NCBI GenBank assembly: GCA_963422375.2
Contig: OY729428.2
Span: 2,048,001-2,112,000, forward strand
Length of the DNA: 64,000 bases
Reading direction: 5' to 3'
From: Bryobacterales bacterium
GTDB lineage: Bacteria > Acidobacteriota > Terriglobia > Bryobacterales > UBA6623
Shown: positions 39,053-48,456 of the stretch, piece after piece
Layout of the letters: every line of letters starts with the position of its first letter
Position numbering within the stretch: position 1 is the stretch's first letter
Made by a program: the position numbers and the translations under genes
Notes under the pieces: generated by a model
What the model saw: the letters and a program-made list of their open reading frames with translations, nothing else
Told to the model about the DNA's origin: nothing
The model's database searches: none

Positions 39053-39589
39053 CTAGCGTTGCGCCACGGAGGGCGCGGGCTGCGTCGCCGCAGCCTTGGG
39101 CGGCGCCGGATTGGGCCGGTACATCGTCACGAGGTACCCGCCGAGAGCCGCGAGCGCGATCCCGGCGAAGAACTGCCAGCGGATTCCGCCGACACCGCCG
39201 GACGGCGGGTGCAGCGTCATCGAGACGATCGCATTCACGATGGGGGCCCCGGCGAAGATGATCGACATCACCACCGCCGGGGTGCCCTTGGCGCCGAACG
39301 CCAGCAGCACGCCGAACGCGCCGACGGCGCCGACGGTTCCCGCGATCAGGGACCATGCCATGCCCCTGGCTGGCATGCTCCAGTCCGATCCCGATGCCAC
39401 TAGGATCGCGAGCGGGGCCAGCACGGCCACGAGGAAATAGGCGATGCCCACGAACAGGAAGGCCTTGTAGCGCCCGTTCACCGGGTCTCCCATGCCGACC
39501 TGGCCGCTATGCAGGAAGACGCCGTACAGTCCCCAGCATGCTACCGTCATTAGGGCGTACGCCAGCCATCCGAATCCAGCTTGACTCAA
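39053..39589 (-). CDS. Small multi-pass membrane protein (DMT/EamA-like)
   Basis: About five TM helices; CWGLYG and VMSIIFAGAPIVN; AAGGAG RBS before TTG. Confidence 0.75.
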   Translation of the reverse strand: MSQAGFGWLAYALMTVACWGLYGVFLHSGQVGMGDPVNGRYKAFLFVGIAYFLVAVLAPLAILVASGSDWSMPARGMAWSLIAGTVGAVGAFGVLLAFGAKGTPAVVMSIIFAGAPIVNAIVSMTLHPPSGGVGGIRWQFFAGIALAALGGYLVTMYRPNPAPPKAAATQPAPSVAQR

Positions 39590-39657
39590 CGTGTAACTCC
39601 TTGCTCTTCAGCGGTTTGCAGGTGAAACTCTTAAGTTGCTGAAGAGACCATTCTCAC

Positions 39658-40947
39658 CTATGCCTGGCGGTGCCTAGCGAAGTCCCAGCGCACGATAGCG
39701 CCGCTCTCGGCCGAGGCGTTGATGAGATGCGCGCACGCAGCGGCGTGATGGCCCGCCCAGGCGTCCTCGATCGGCGCGCCTCGATGGCGCACGCTGGAGA
39801 AGAAGTCCGTGAAGTGCGCGACCGTGGACGACGGCCGCCCGCCGCTCCTGTACACCTCCGGCTCCGGGCGGCCCGGCCGTCGCAGCTCGGCCCGGCCTTC
39901 GGGCGAGCGGTAGTATCCCTCCTCCAGGCTGGCGGGCCAGGCGCTGACAATCCACGAATTGTTGTCGTAGCCCGGGTCGGGGAAGAATGTCACGCCTGAG
40001 AAGCCGAGAGCGGCAGCGCCCTCCGTACCGAGGACCTGAAAGGAGTAGCCGCTCTCCGCCGTGCTGTTGAAGGTCGCGCTCAGGTTCACGGTGAAGCCCT
40101 CGCGATAGCGCAGCAGGGCGTTGAGGGTGTCCGGCACGTCGCGGCTCTCAGTCCATCGGTACAGGTCGCCCATCGCCAGCACCTCCGCAGGCATGGTCGC
40201 GTCCATGAGAAAATGCACCGACGTGCAGGCATGCACGAACAGATCCGTGGCGATCCCGCCTGAGTACTCGTTGTAGCAGCGCCAGCGGAAGAACCGCTCC
40301 AAGTCGAAGTCCTGCCGCGGGGCGGGCCCTAGGAACGCCTCCCAGTCGACCGTATCGGGGGATGCATCGGGCGGGATGGGGTAGATCCACGCGCCCCCAG
40401 CGCTGTTCCGATTGTACGACGCGCGGATCATCGTGATCTGGCCCAGCCTGCCCTCGCGGATCCAGTCGCGGAGCTTCCTCTGGTTGGCGGCGCTTATGCC
40501 TTGGCTGCCGACTTGGAGGATCCTGCCGGTCCTCTCGGCGACGGCCGCGATCTCGAGCCCCTCGTCCACGGCGAACGTCAGCGGCTTCTCGCAGTAGACG
40601 TCTTTGCCCGCCTCGAGTGCTTCCACGACCATTCGTTTGTGCCAGTGGTCGGGGGTCCCGATGGTGACTGCGTCGATAGACGGATCGGCGAGAATTCGCT
40701 CGTAGCTGCCGAAGTCCTTGGCCCGCCCCTCGGTCCGCTCGATAGCCCGCTCCGCGCGGCCGCTGTAGGCGTCGCAGACGCCGGCGATCTCCGTCCCGGG
40801 CACCTGCTTGATCGCCTCGAGGAGCTCGTGCGAGCGCGAGCCGACAGCGATCATGCCCACGGCGATCCGATCGCTGGGGACCGTGTCCTGCGCCTGCGCA
40901 AGGGCGCCCGCGCCAGCCCCGAGAAAGATTCTTCGCGTCATCGACAT
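39658..40947 (-). CDS. Gfo/Idh/MocA family oxidoreductase with Tat signal
   Basis: TRRIFL twin-Arg motif; TPDHWH; KDVYCEKP; EYSGGIATDLFVH. Confidence 0.93.
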   Translation of the reverse strand: MSMTRRIFLGAGAGALAQAQDTVPSDRIAVGMIAVGSRSHELLEAIKQVPGTEIAGVCDAYSGRAERAIERTEGRAKDFGSYERILADPSIDAVTIGTPDHWHKRMVVEALEAGKDVYCEKPLTFAVDEGLEIAAVAERTGRILQVGSQGISAANQRKLRDWIREGRLGQITMIRASYNRNSAGGAWIYPIPPDASPDTVDWEAFLGPAPRQDFDLERFFRWRCYNEYSGGIATDLFVHACTSVHFLMDATMPAEVLAMGDLYRWTESRDVPDTLNALLRYREGFTVNLSATFNSTAESGYSFQVLGTEGAAALGFSGVTFFPDPGYDNNSWIVSAWPASLEEGYYRSPEGRAELRRPGRPEPEVYRSGGRPSSTVAHFTDFFSSVRHRGAPIEDAWAGHHAAACAHLINASAESGAIVRWDFARHRQA

Positions 40948-40991
40948 CCGGCTCGTCTTCCCGGGACCGCCCTCTGCTTCTCGACTGCGAC

Positions 40992-42086
40992 CTACGGGCT
41001 CGCGCTGTGCTGCGATTCCCCGTCCATCCTGGCGAGCTCGCTGTCAATCAACTCCCTGAAGCTCTCGATGGGAAGTGCGCCGGACAACAGGATGCCGTTC
41101 ACCAGGAAGGCGGGCGTGCCGGACAGGCCGAATCCGCGGGCTTCGCTCGCATCGATCTCAATCGCCGGCAGGTGCTTGCCGGAGTCCAGGCATTCCAGAA
41201 GATCCTCGGCGTTCAGCTTGAGGGCCTTGGCAATTTCGGTGTAGGTGCCGTCGGTGAGGAGCTCCTCCCCGAACAGCGACTGGCGAAACTCCCAGAATTT
41301 CCCTTGATCGTCAGCGCAGCGCGCCGCGTGCGCAGCGCGAATGGCCTCGGGATGGATCTCGGTCAGCGGCAAGTCCTTAAAGGCCCACCGGACCCTGTCT
41401 TCGTACTCGGTAAGCAGCTCGGCGAGCACCGGCTGCACGCGCCGGCAGTACGGGCACTGGAAGTCGGAATACTCCACGAGGGTGATCGGGGCGTCCTCGG
41501 GTCCGCGCGTGCGCGCCCCCTCGATGCTGACAGGCAGCCGCGGCGGCTCGACTAGCATCTCGACATCGGCTTGGCTCCAGAGCCCCTGGATGAAGTCGGC
41601 CAGATGGATCCCGCTCTTGCGGCGCTTCAGCTCGGCGATGATCGCGTCGCGAACCTCCTTCAGCGGCCGCTCGACTTGCTGCTCCTTGTAGAAGTCGTTG
41701 ATCTCCTTGCTGGTTGGCTCGCCTACCTTGGGCGCGATCTCGGTCTCGATCATCTCCGCCGCCGGAACGCCGCGACGCCTCGCTTCCTGGTTGACAAGCC
41801 GGGTGGCGATCGCGCTCTCGATCGCCTTCCTCCTAGCCTCGTAGACTTGTCGCTGGAGGTTCCACCACTCCCCGTCGCGCGACAGGTCGTCCTCGAGAAT
41901 CGGCGTCCCGTTCAGCATGGCCAGCGGGTCGCCGTCCGCCGCTCGCGCTACCGGGGCCCCTTCGGTCGCGCCTGCGGGAACTTGGACCTCCTGCACCGGC
42001 TGCTCAGCCGGGGGAGGCTCCTGCGCTGGCAACGGCATGCATGCCAAGGCCAGGAACAGCCAAGCTGAACATAGCAGTTTCGTCAT
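40992..42086 (-). CDS. DsbA-family thioredoxin-domain protein
   Basis: EYSDFQCPYC (CxxC), GTPAFLVNG (cis-Pro) and a signal peptide. Start ATG 42086 or 42095. Confidence 0.9.
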   Translation of the reverse strand: MTKLLCSAWLFLALACMPLPAQEPPPAEQPVQEVQVPAGATEGAPVARAADGDPLAMLNGTPILEDDLSRDGEWWNLQRQVYEARRKAIESAIATRLVNQEARRRGVPAAEMIETEIAPKVGEPTSKEINDFYKEQQVERPLKEVRDAIIAELKRRKSGIHLADFIQGLWSQADVEMLVEPPRLPVSIEGARTRGPEDAPITLVEYSDFQCPYCRRVQPVLAELLTEYEDRVRWAFKDLPLTEIHPEAIRAAHAARCADDQGKFWEFRQSLFGEELLTDGTYTEIAKALKLNAEDLLECLDSGKHLPAIEIDASEARGFGLSGTPAFLVNGILLSGALPIESFRELIDSELARMDGESQHSASP

Positions 42087-42807
42087 TGCCTTCATTGTAG
42101 CGTTAAGGCGCGAGGCGATTCATCGGGCCCCCGCCTCGGACAGTGCTCGGCCAAGGGCACCGGGCCGGCGGTCCCTCGAAGATGCCGAGTGACAACGTCC
42201 GAGCGAGGTCGGCGGCCATACCGGACGGCACCGACTGCGGTGCCCGGCGAATCCCGGGTTCGAGATCCGAGAGCGGCGGCCCGGATGCAGACCGAAGCGG
42301 GCGCGCGAAGCACATTCGGCGCATGGCGCCCGACCGCGACGGGTCGCAGGCGTGCGCCGGCGAGTTGACCGACAGGCAGCCTCGGCGCAAGCTAAGCCGT
42401 GGCCCGGACGAGACCGCACCAGGCAGGGCGCACCGCGTTACCGAGCCCCCTTCCGTCGTAATGCCCGGGCCGGCCTCCCGTCTCGGCCCCTTGGTGCCAG
42501 CCGCCGTGGGCGGCCCGCTGCGATACGGGGGCCTCGGCAGCTGTCCGATGCGGTCTCCGAGTGATCCGCCAAGCGGTGCCGGCAGGCACCGCCCACTCGG
42601 CGCTCGGCCATGCGCAAAGCTGCGTCGCCTGGACGAGCCATGCGCGTGGGTTCTACGCCACGCCAATGGTGTTGAACGCGATGGTGGAACTCGGCTATCT
42701 TGAAGGGTAGACGGACTTCGGCGGGATAGGCCCGTCGCGCGCGACGGGCGTCCCGGTCTCGCTCGGTTCCGGCCGAGGCCATTGCAAGAGATTCCACTTC
42801 CAGCCAC

Positions 42808-43641
42808 ATGACCGATGCACAGGGGACAGCTGCGATCGAGGCTGTCCATCTCAGCAAGTTTTACGGCAACTTCGCCGCCATTCACGACGTGTCGTTCCAA
42901 GTGAATCCGGGCCAGGTCGCCGCCTTCCTCGGACCCAACGGGGCGGGCAAGTCTACGACCCTGAAGATCCTAACCGGGTACCTGCGGGCGTCGCGGGGCA
43001 CGGCCCGGATCGCGGGGCTCGACATATCGACCCGCCGCATCGAGGCCGCCTCGAAGATCGGCTACCTGCCGGAGAACGGCCCGCTCTACCCGCAGATGAC
43101 GCCGCTGGAGCTGCTCCGGTTCTTCGGCGAGGCGCGGGGCCTCGCCGACGGCAGGCTGGCTTCCCGCATCGACACTGTCGTCGCGCAGTGCAACTTGCTG
43201 GGCGTGCTGGAGAAGGCCATCCACAAGCTCTCCAAGGGCTACCGGCAGCGCGTCGGGATGGCCCAGGTCCTGCTCCACGAGCCGGACATCTTGGTTATGG
43301 ACGAGCCCACCGCGGGCCTGGACCCCAACCAGATCAGGGAAGTGCGCAAGCTGATTCGCGACCTGGGCTCGTCGAAGACCGTGCTGCTCTCCACTCACAT
43401 CCTGCAGGAGGTCGAAGCTGTCGCGGACCACGTGGTCTTCATCAGCGAGGGACGCATTGCCTTCGACGGAACGCCGGAGGAGATGGCGGCCGGAGAAGGC
43501 TTGGACGCCGCGTTCAGGCGGCTGACACAGCCCGAAGGCCCGCCCGTTGCAACGGCGGAAAGTCCCGCCCCGGTGCCGGCGGCCGCGTCGCAGGACGCCG
43601 TCGCGGAGGCCGAGGGGACCGACCAAGGAGCAGTGCAGTGA
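42808..43641 (+). CDS. ABC transporter ATP-binding protein (GldA-like)
   Basis: GPNGAGKST, LSKGYRQR and DEPTAGLDP. Confidence 0.93.
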   Translation: MTDAQGTAAIEAVHLSKFYGNFAAIHDVSFQVNPGQVAAFLGPNGAGKSTTLKILTGYLRASRGTARIAGLDISTRRIEAASKIGYLPENGPLYPQMTPLELLRFFGEARGLADGRLASRIDTVVAQCNLLGVLEKAIHKLSKGYRQRVGMAQVLLHEPDILVMDEPTAGLDPNQIREVRKLIRDLGSSKTVLLSTHILQEVEAVADHVVFISEGRIAFDGTPEEMAAGEGLDAAFRRLTQPEGPPVATAESPAPVPAAASQDAVAEAEGTDQGAVQ

Positions 43642-46280
43642 AGAAGCAGTGGCACGTCTCGAAGGCGGTCTTCCGGCGCGAGCTGACCTCCTACTTCAGC
43701 AGCCCCACCGGCTACGTCTTCATCTCGCTCTTCGTCTTCCTAGGGGCCGTGGCGGCCTTCTGGCAGGAGTCTTTCTTCGCCAGCAACCTAGCGACTCTCG
43801 AGCCGCTGAACGCCTACTTCCCCTACCTGCTGATCTTTCTCGTTCCGGCTCTGGCGATGACGGCCTGGGCGGAGGAGCGCCTCCACGGCACCGACGAGCT
43901 GCTCCTGACCCTCCCTGCGACTGACCTTGAAGTCGTCCTCGGAAAGTACGCGGCCTACCTGTCGATCTATTCGGTGGCCCTGGCATTCTCGCTCAGCCAC
44001 GTCGTGGTACTGCTGATCCTAGGCAGCCCGGACATCGGCCTGCTGTTCGGCACCTATCTCGGCTACTGGCTGATGGGGGCCGCGCTGGTGCCGGTGGGCA
44101 TGCTCGCCTCGCAGTTCACCTCGAACCTGACCGTGGCGTACATCACCGGGGCCCTCCTGTGCGCCGTGCCGGTCTTCACCGAGCATGCCGGAAGCGTCGT
44201 CGTCGGCCCGCTGCGGCGACTGCTCGAGAGCCTTTCCTTCGTCGAGCAGTTCCGCGACTTCGCCGACGGCGTGATCCCCCTTGCGGGGATTCTCTACTTC
44301 ACCGGATTCGCCGCCGCGATGCTGTACGTGAACGTCGCCGTACTGGGCCGGCGCCACTGGGCGACAGGCAGAGGCGCGCCCCGGCTCGGCCGCCACTTCG
44401 CCGTCCGCGGGGTCGCCGCCCTGGTGGCCGTGGCGGGGATGACCGTGCTGGTCGGGCGGCTCGGGGGCCGCGTCGACGCCACGGCCGAGCGCCTGCACTC
44501 GCTTTCCCCCGGCACCCGCGACCTCATCGACGGGCTGGATTCCGAGCGCCCGGTGTTCATCCAGGCCTACCTGAGCCCCGAGGTGCCGAGGCGCTACATC
44601 CAAACCCGCAGCAACATCATCTCGATGCTGCGCCAGTTCGACTCGCGCGGCGGGGACCGCATTCACGCCAACATCATCGATACCGAGAAGTTCACCCCAG
44701 AGTCGCGCGAGGCGCAGGACCGCTTCGACATCCGCCCGCGAGCCGTTCCGCCGGTGTACCGGACGCAGGGCAGCCCCGACGAGATCTTCCTCGGCTTGGT
44801 CTTCAGCGCGGGCAGCGAGGAGTTCGTGATTCCGTTCTTCGACCTCGGGCTGCCCGTGGAGTACGAGCTCATGCGCTCGGTGCGGGTCGTCGCGAACGCG
44901 GAGCGCCGCCGGGTCGGGATCCTGCGCACGGGGGTCAATCTCTTCGGTGGCTTCGACTTCCAGACCCGCCAGCAGTCGCGCTCTTGGTCGATCGTGTCCG
45001 AGCTTGAGAAGCAGTACCAGGTGGTCCAGGTGCCCGCCGCCGGGGACTACCCGGAGGACTTGGACGTGCTTCTCGCGGTGCTGCCGAACACCCTCCAGGC
45101 GGACGAGCTGGAGCGTTTGTCCGCATGGGTCGAGGAAGGTAATCCCACCCTGCTGGTGGTCGACCCGCTGCCGGCCTTCAACATCGAATCGTCGCCGCAG
45201 CAGCTCCCGCAGAGCCCCTTCCAGCAGGGCCAGCCCCAGCGCGCGCCCACCGACACCAAGCCTCTCATGGACGCCTTGGGAGTCGAGTGGCAGACCGACC
45301 GCATCGCGTGGGGCAAGTACAACCCGCACCCTACGTTCCGCACGCTGCCCGAGGAGGTCGTCTTCCTCGGCTCCGGCAGCGGCTACGACGGGACCTTCAA
45401 CGAGCAGGACGAGGTGACCTCCGGGCTGCAGGAGGTCGTGGTGCTCTACGGCGGGGTCCTGAAGCCTGCCGACGAAAGCGAGGCGGGCACAGACTTCACG
45501 CCCCTGCTGCGGACCGGCGCCGAGTCCGGCACTACGCTGTGGTTCCGCCTGGTCCAGCAGTCGATCTTCGGCCTGCAGCTGGCGACGAACCTGGCGCACG
45601 AGCCCGACGATGACAGCCACGTGCTGGCCGCCCGCGTCACGTCCGACGACGAGGCTGCGCCGGTGCGTGCGGTGATCATCGCCGACGCCGACATGATGGG
45701 CGAGCAGTTCTTCCAGCTGCGCCGCCAGGGCGTCGGCGACCTGAACTTCGACAACGTGACCTTCCTGCTGAACGCCGTCGACAGCCTCGCCGGCGACGAC
45801 TCCTTCATCGCGCTGCGCAAGCGCCGGCGGTTGCACCGCACGCTGGAAACGGTGGAGGCCCGCACCCGCAGCTACGAGGAGGGCCGCCTCGAGGAGACCC
45901 GTCGCGCCGAGCAGGAAGCCGAGGAGAAGCTGGCCGCGGCGCAGGCGCGTCTGGACGAGGCCGTGCAGGCCCTGCAGGCGCGCGCGGACCTCGACGCGCA
46001 AACCAAGCGCATCATGATCTCCAACCAGGAGCGCATCGAGAACCGGCGCCTTTCGGTGGCGCGGAGCAACATCGAGGACGAGAAGGAGCGCTTGATCGAG
46101 GCGGCCCGCGGCGACATGGAGGCCGCGGTGCGCGCCATCCAGAACACGATCAAGCTGCTGGCGGTCGCCCTGTCGCCCGTGCCGGCTTTCCTGCTGTTCC
46201 TTTTCGTGTCCGTGAAGCGGCGCCAGCGCGAGCAGATTGGCGTGGCGCGAAACCGGCTTGTGGAGGCTGCCGAGGGATGA
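43638..46280 (+). CDS. Fused ABC-2 permease (GldF-like) + GldG-like periplasmic domain protein
   Basis: RRELTSYFSSP...AEERLHGTDELLLTLP permease followed by RVDATAERLHSLS, EYELMRSV and FLLNAVD (GldG-like), then a coiled coil and C-terminal TM; GTGA overlap with the upstream gene. Confidence 0.85.
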   Translation: MKKQWHVSKAVFRRELTSYFSSPTGYVFISLFVFLGAVAAFWQESFFASNLATLEPLNAYFPYLLIFLVPALAMTAWAEERLHGTDELLLTLPATDLEVVLGKYAAYLSIYSVALAFSLSHVVVLLILGSPDIGLLFGTYLGYWLMGAALVPVGMLASQFTSNLTVAYITGALLCAVPVFTEHAGSVVVGPLRRLLESLSFVEQFRDFADGVIPLAGILYFTGFAAAMLYVNVAVLGRRHWATGRGAPRLGRHFAVRGVAALVAVAGMTVLVGRLGGRVDATAERLHSLSPGTRDLIDGLDSERPVFIQAYLSPEVPRRYIQTRSNIISMLRQFDSRGGDRIHANIIDTEKFTPESREAQDRFDIRPRAVPPVYRTQGSPDEIFLGLVFSAGSEEFVIPFFDLGLPVEYELMRSVRVVANAERRRVGILRTGVNLFGGFDFQTRQQSRSWSIVSELEKQYQVVQVPAAGDYPEDLDVLLAVLPNTLQADELERLSAWVEEGNPTLLVVDPLPAFNIESSPQQLPQSPFQQGQPQRAPTDTKPLMDALGVEWQTDRIAWGKYNPHPTFRTLPEEVVFLGSGSGYDGTFNEQDEVTSGLQEVVVLYGGVLKPADESEAGTDFTPLLRTGAESGTTLWFRLVQQSIFGLQLATNLAHEPDDDSHVLAARVTSDDEAAPVRAVIIADADMMGEQFFQLRRQGVGDLNFDNVTFLLNAVDSLAGDDSFIALRKRRRLHRTLETVEARTRSYEEGRLEETRRAEQEAEEKLAAAQARLDEAVQALQARADLDAQTKRIMISNQERIENRRLSVARSNIEDEKERLIEAARGDMEAAVRAIQNTIKLLAVALSPVPAFLLFLFVSVKRRQREQIGVARNRLVEAAEG

Positions 46281-47506
46281 ACGAGACGACCAGAACGCTA
46301 TATTTCGTGGCGGCAGCCGCGGCGGCGGCGGCGGCCGCCCTGACGATTGACCCGAGCCGGTCGACGCCCGACATCTTCGACGACGTCGGCGAGGTCTTCT
46401 TCGCCGAGTTCACCGACCCGCAGGCCCCGCGGTCGATCGAGGTGATCGACTACGACGAGTCCACGGCGACCGCCACCCCGCTCAAGGTGGAGTTCCGCGA
46501 CAACAGGTGGGTCATCCCGTCGCACCACGGCTACCCTGCCGATGCCGAGGAGCGCCTGGCGAAGACCGCCGCCGCCCTGATCGAGCTGCGCAAGGACCGC
46601 GTCGTGTCGGACCTGGCCCTGGACCACGCGGACTACGCGGTCGTCGATCCGCTGGACGCCGAAGCGACCTCGCTGGCCGGGCGCGGCAAGCGCGTGCGGA
46701 TTCTCGACGGCGACGGGGGCGCGCTGGCCGATTTCATCGTGGGCGCCGAGGTCGAGGGCAAGTTCGGCTACCGCTACCTGCGCGTGCCGGGGCAGAAGCG
46801 GACTTACGAGGTCAAGACCGAGGCGGACGTCTCGGCACGCTTCCAGGACTGGATCGAGACCGACCTGCTGAAGGTCTCGCCGTTCGACCTGCGCCGGATC
46901 GAGATCGACCGATACACCATCAACGAGCGCCTAGGGCGCATCGAGAATCGCCAGAAGACGACGCTGGCCAAGAAGGACGACAAGTGGCAGTTCGGCGGGC
47001 GCGAGCCGAACTCGGACGCGATGAGCGACCTGACCACGTCGCTGGACCAGCTGCGTATCGTGGACGTGCAGCCGAAGCCGCAGGGCCTGAGCGAGGACCT
47101 CAAGGCGCGGGACGGCATCCAGCCGACCATGGAGAACTTCCGCTCCCTGCAGGGCAAGGGCTTCTTTCCCAACCCCTACACCGGACAGATTCTCTCGAAC
47201 GAGGGCGAGATCCTAGCGGACTCCAAGGACGGGCTGCGCTACGTGCTGCGGTTCGGCGAGATCGCGCCGGGCGCCTCGGGCCGCGAGGCGGGCGGCGAGG
47301 AGGGCGAGTCCGAAGGCGAGCGGCGCTATCTCATGATCAGCGTCGACTTCAGCGAGGCCCGGGCCGAGAGCTACGAAGGCGACGCCGACAAGGGCAGGGA
47401 ACTGGCCGACGAGCTGCGGGCGAGGTTCGCCGAGTGGTACTACGTGATCTCCGGGGCCGACTTCGCCAAGCTGCGGCCCAGCCGCTCCGCCTTGGCTAAG
47501 AGCTGA
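46277..47506 (+). CDS. DUF4340-like membrane-anchored protein
   Basis: N-terminal anchor; WVIPSHHGYPAD and YLRVPGQ; third gene of the Gld-like ABC operon, ATGA overlap. Confidence 0.75.
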   Translation: MNETTRTLYFVAAAAAAAAAALTIDPSRSTPDIFDDVGEVFFAEFTDPQAPRSIEVIDYDESTATATPLKVEFRDNRWVIPSHHGYPADAEERLAKTAAALIELRKDRVVSDLALDHADYAVVDPLDAEATSLAGRGKRVRILDGDGGALADFIVGAEVEGKFGYRYLRVPGQKRTYEVKTEADVSARFQDWIETDLLKVSPFDLRRIEIDRYTINERLGRIENRQKTTLAKKDDKWQFGGREPNSDAMSDLTTSLDQLRIVDVQPKPQGLSEDLKARDGIQPTMENFRSLQGKGFFPNPYTGQILSNEGEILADSKDGLRYVLRFGEIAPGASGREAGGEEGESEGERRYLMISVDFSEARAESYEGDADKGRELADELRARFAEWYYVISGADFAKLRPSRSALAKS

Positions 47507-47521
47507 CCCGACTCTCGCGGG

Positions 47522-48349
47522 TCAGAGTGCCGCCCCGCAGCCGGCGCAGTAGGAGGCGTCGGCGGCGTGCTTGGTGCGCCTGCAGTGCCCGCAGGCGCGC
47601 TCCGGGGCGCGCTCTCGGTCGGCGCGCGAGAGCTCGACCGACACGATGCCGGTCGGCACCGCGATGATCGCGTACCCGAGGATCATCAGCGCCAAGGCGA
47701 TGAACTGCCCCAGCGGCGTGCGCGGCGCGATATCCCCGTAGCCCACCGTCGTCATCGTGACGACCGCCCAGTAGATGCCGGTCGGGATGCTGGTGAACCC
47801 CGCCGCGTCGCCTTCGATGAGGTACATCACCGTGCCGAAGACGACGGCGACGCTCGTGACCGCGGTCAGAAATACCACGATCTTGGGGCGGCTGGCGTTG
47901 AGGGCGGCTGCCAGCGCTCGGACCTCCCACATATGGCGGGCGAGCTTGAGCACGCGGAAGACGCGCAGCAGCCGGATTTGCCGGACGACGGCGAGCGACT
48001 GCGAGCCGGCGAACAACGCGCTCAGGTAGGCGGGCAAGATCGCGAGCAGATCGATGATGCCGAAGAAGCTGAGGGCGTACGAGCGAGGATGCCTCACGGT
48101 CCAGAGGCGCAGCCCGTATTCGACCGTGAACAGGACGGTGAACGCCCACTCGGCGATCCGCAATGCCGTGCCGTGGGCTGCGTTGATGGCCGGGACGCTT
48201 TCCAGCAGCACGGTGACGATGCTGAGAAGAATCACCGCCAGCAGGGCGACGTCGAATCCCTTGGCGGCGCGAGTATGGACGCCGAAGATGATGAGGTGCA
48301 GGCGGGCGCGCAAGCCTCCCCGCGGCGGCCGGTCGAGGAGCGGATCCAT
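47522..48349 (-). CDS. Voltage-gated potassium channel (ion transporter)
   Basis: S4 segment RQIRLLRVFRVLKL; selectivity filter TTVGYGD; C-terminal CxxC-CxxC. Confidence 0.93.
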   Translation of the reverse strand: MDPLLDRPPRGGLRARLHLIIFGVHTRAAKGFDVALLAVILLSIVTVLLESVPAINAAHGTALRIAEWAFTVLFTVEYGLRLWTVRHPRSYALSFFGIIDLLAILPAYLSALFAGSQSLAVVRQIRLLRVFRVLKLARHMWEVRALAAALNASRPKIVVFLTAVTSVAVVFGTVMYLIEGDAAGFTSIPTGIYWAVVTMTTVGYGDIAPRTPLGQFIALALMILGYAIIAVPTGIVSVELSRADRERAPERACGHCRRTKHAADASYCAGCGAAL

Positions 48350-48456
48350 CCTGCTCAGTTTAGGCTGACAGATCCCGACCCGAGGCCCTAACCGTGCCTC
48401 CGCGCCTCGGTGCGGCACCGCCCGCGGGTCGCGCGGATCTGAGAGAATCCTATCGT

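Noticed and set aside
42100..42800. ORFs or ncRNA in the dsbA-gldA divergent gap
   Set aside because: Only low-complexity Arg/Pro/Ala ORFs and generic GC hairpins; no recognisable RNA family.
44019..46001. 660-aa minus-strand ORF
   Set aside because: Antisense shadow of the GldFG-like gene.
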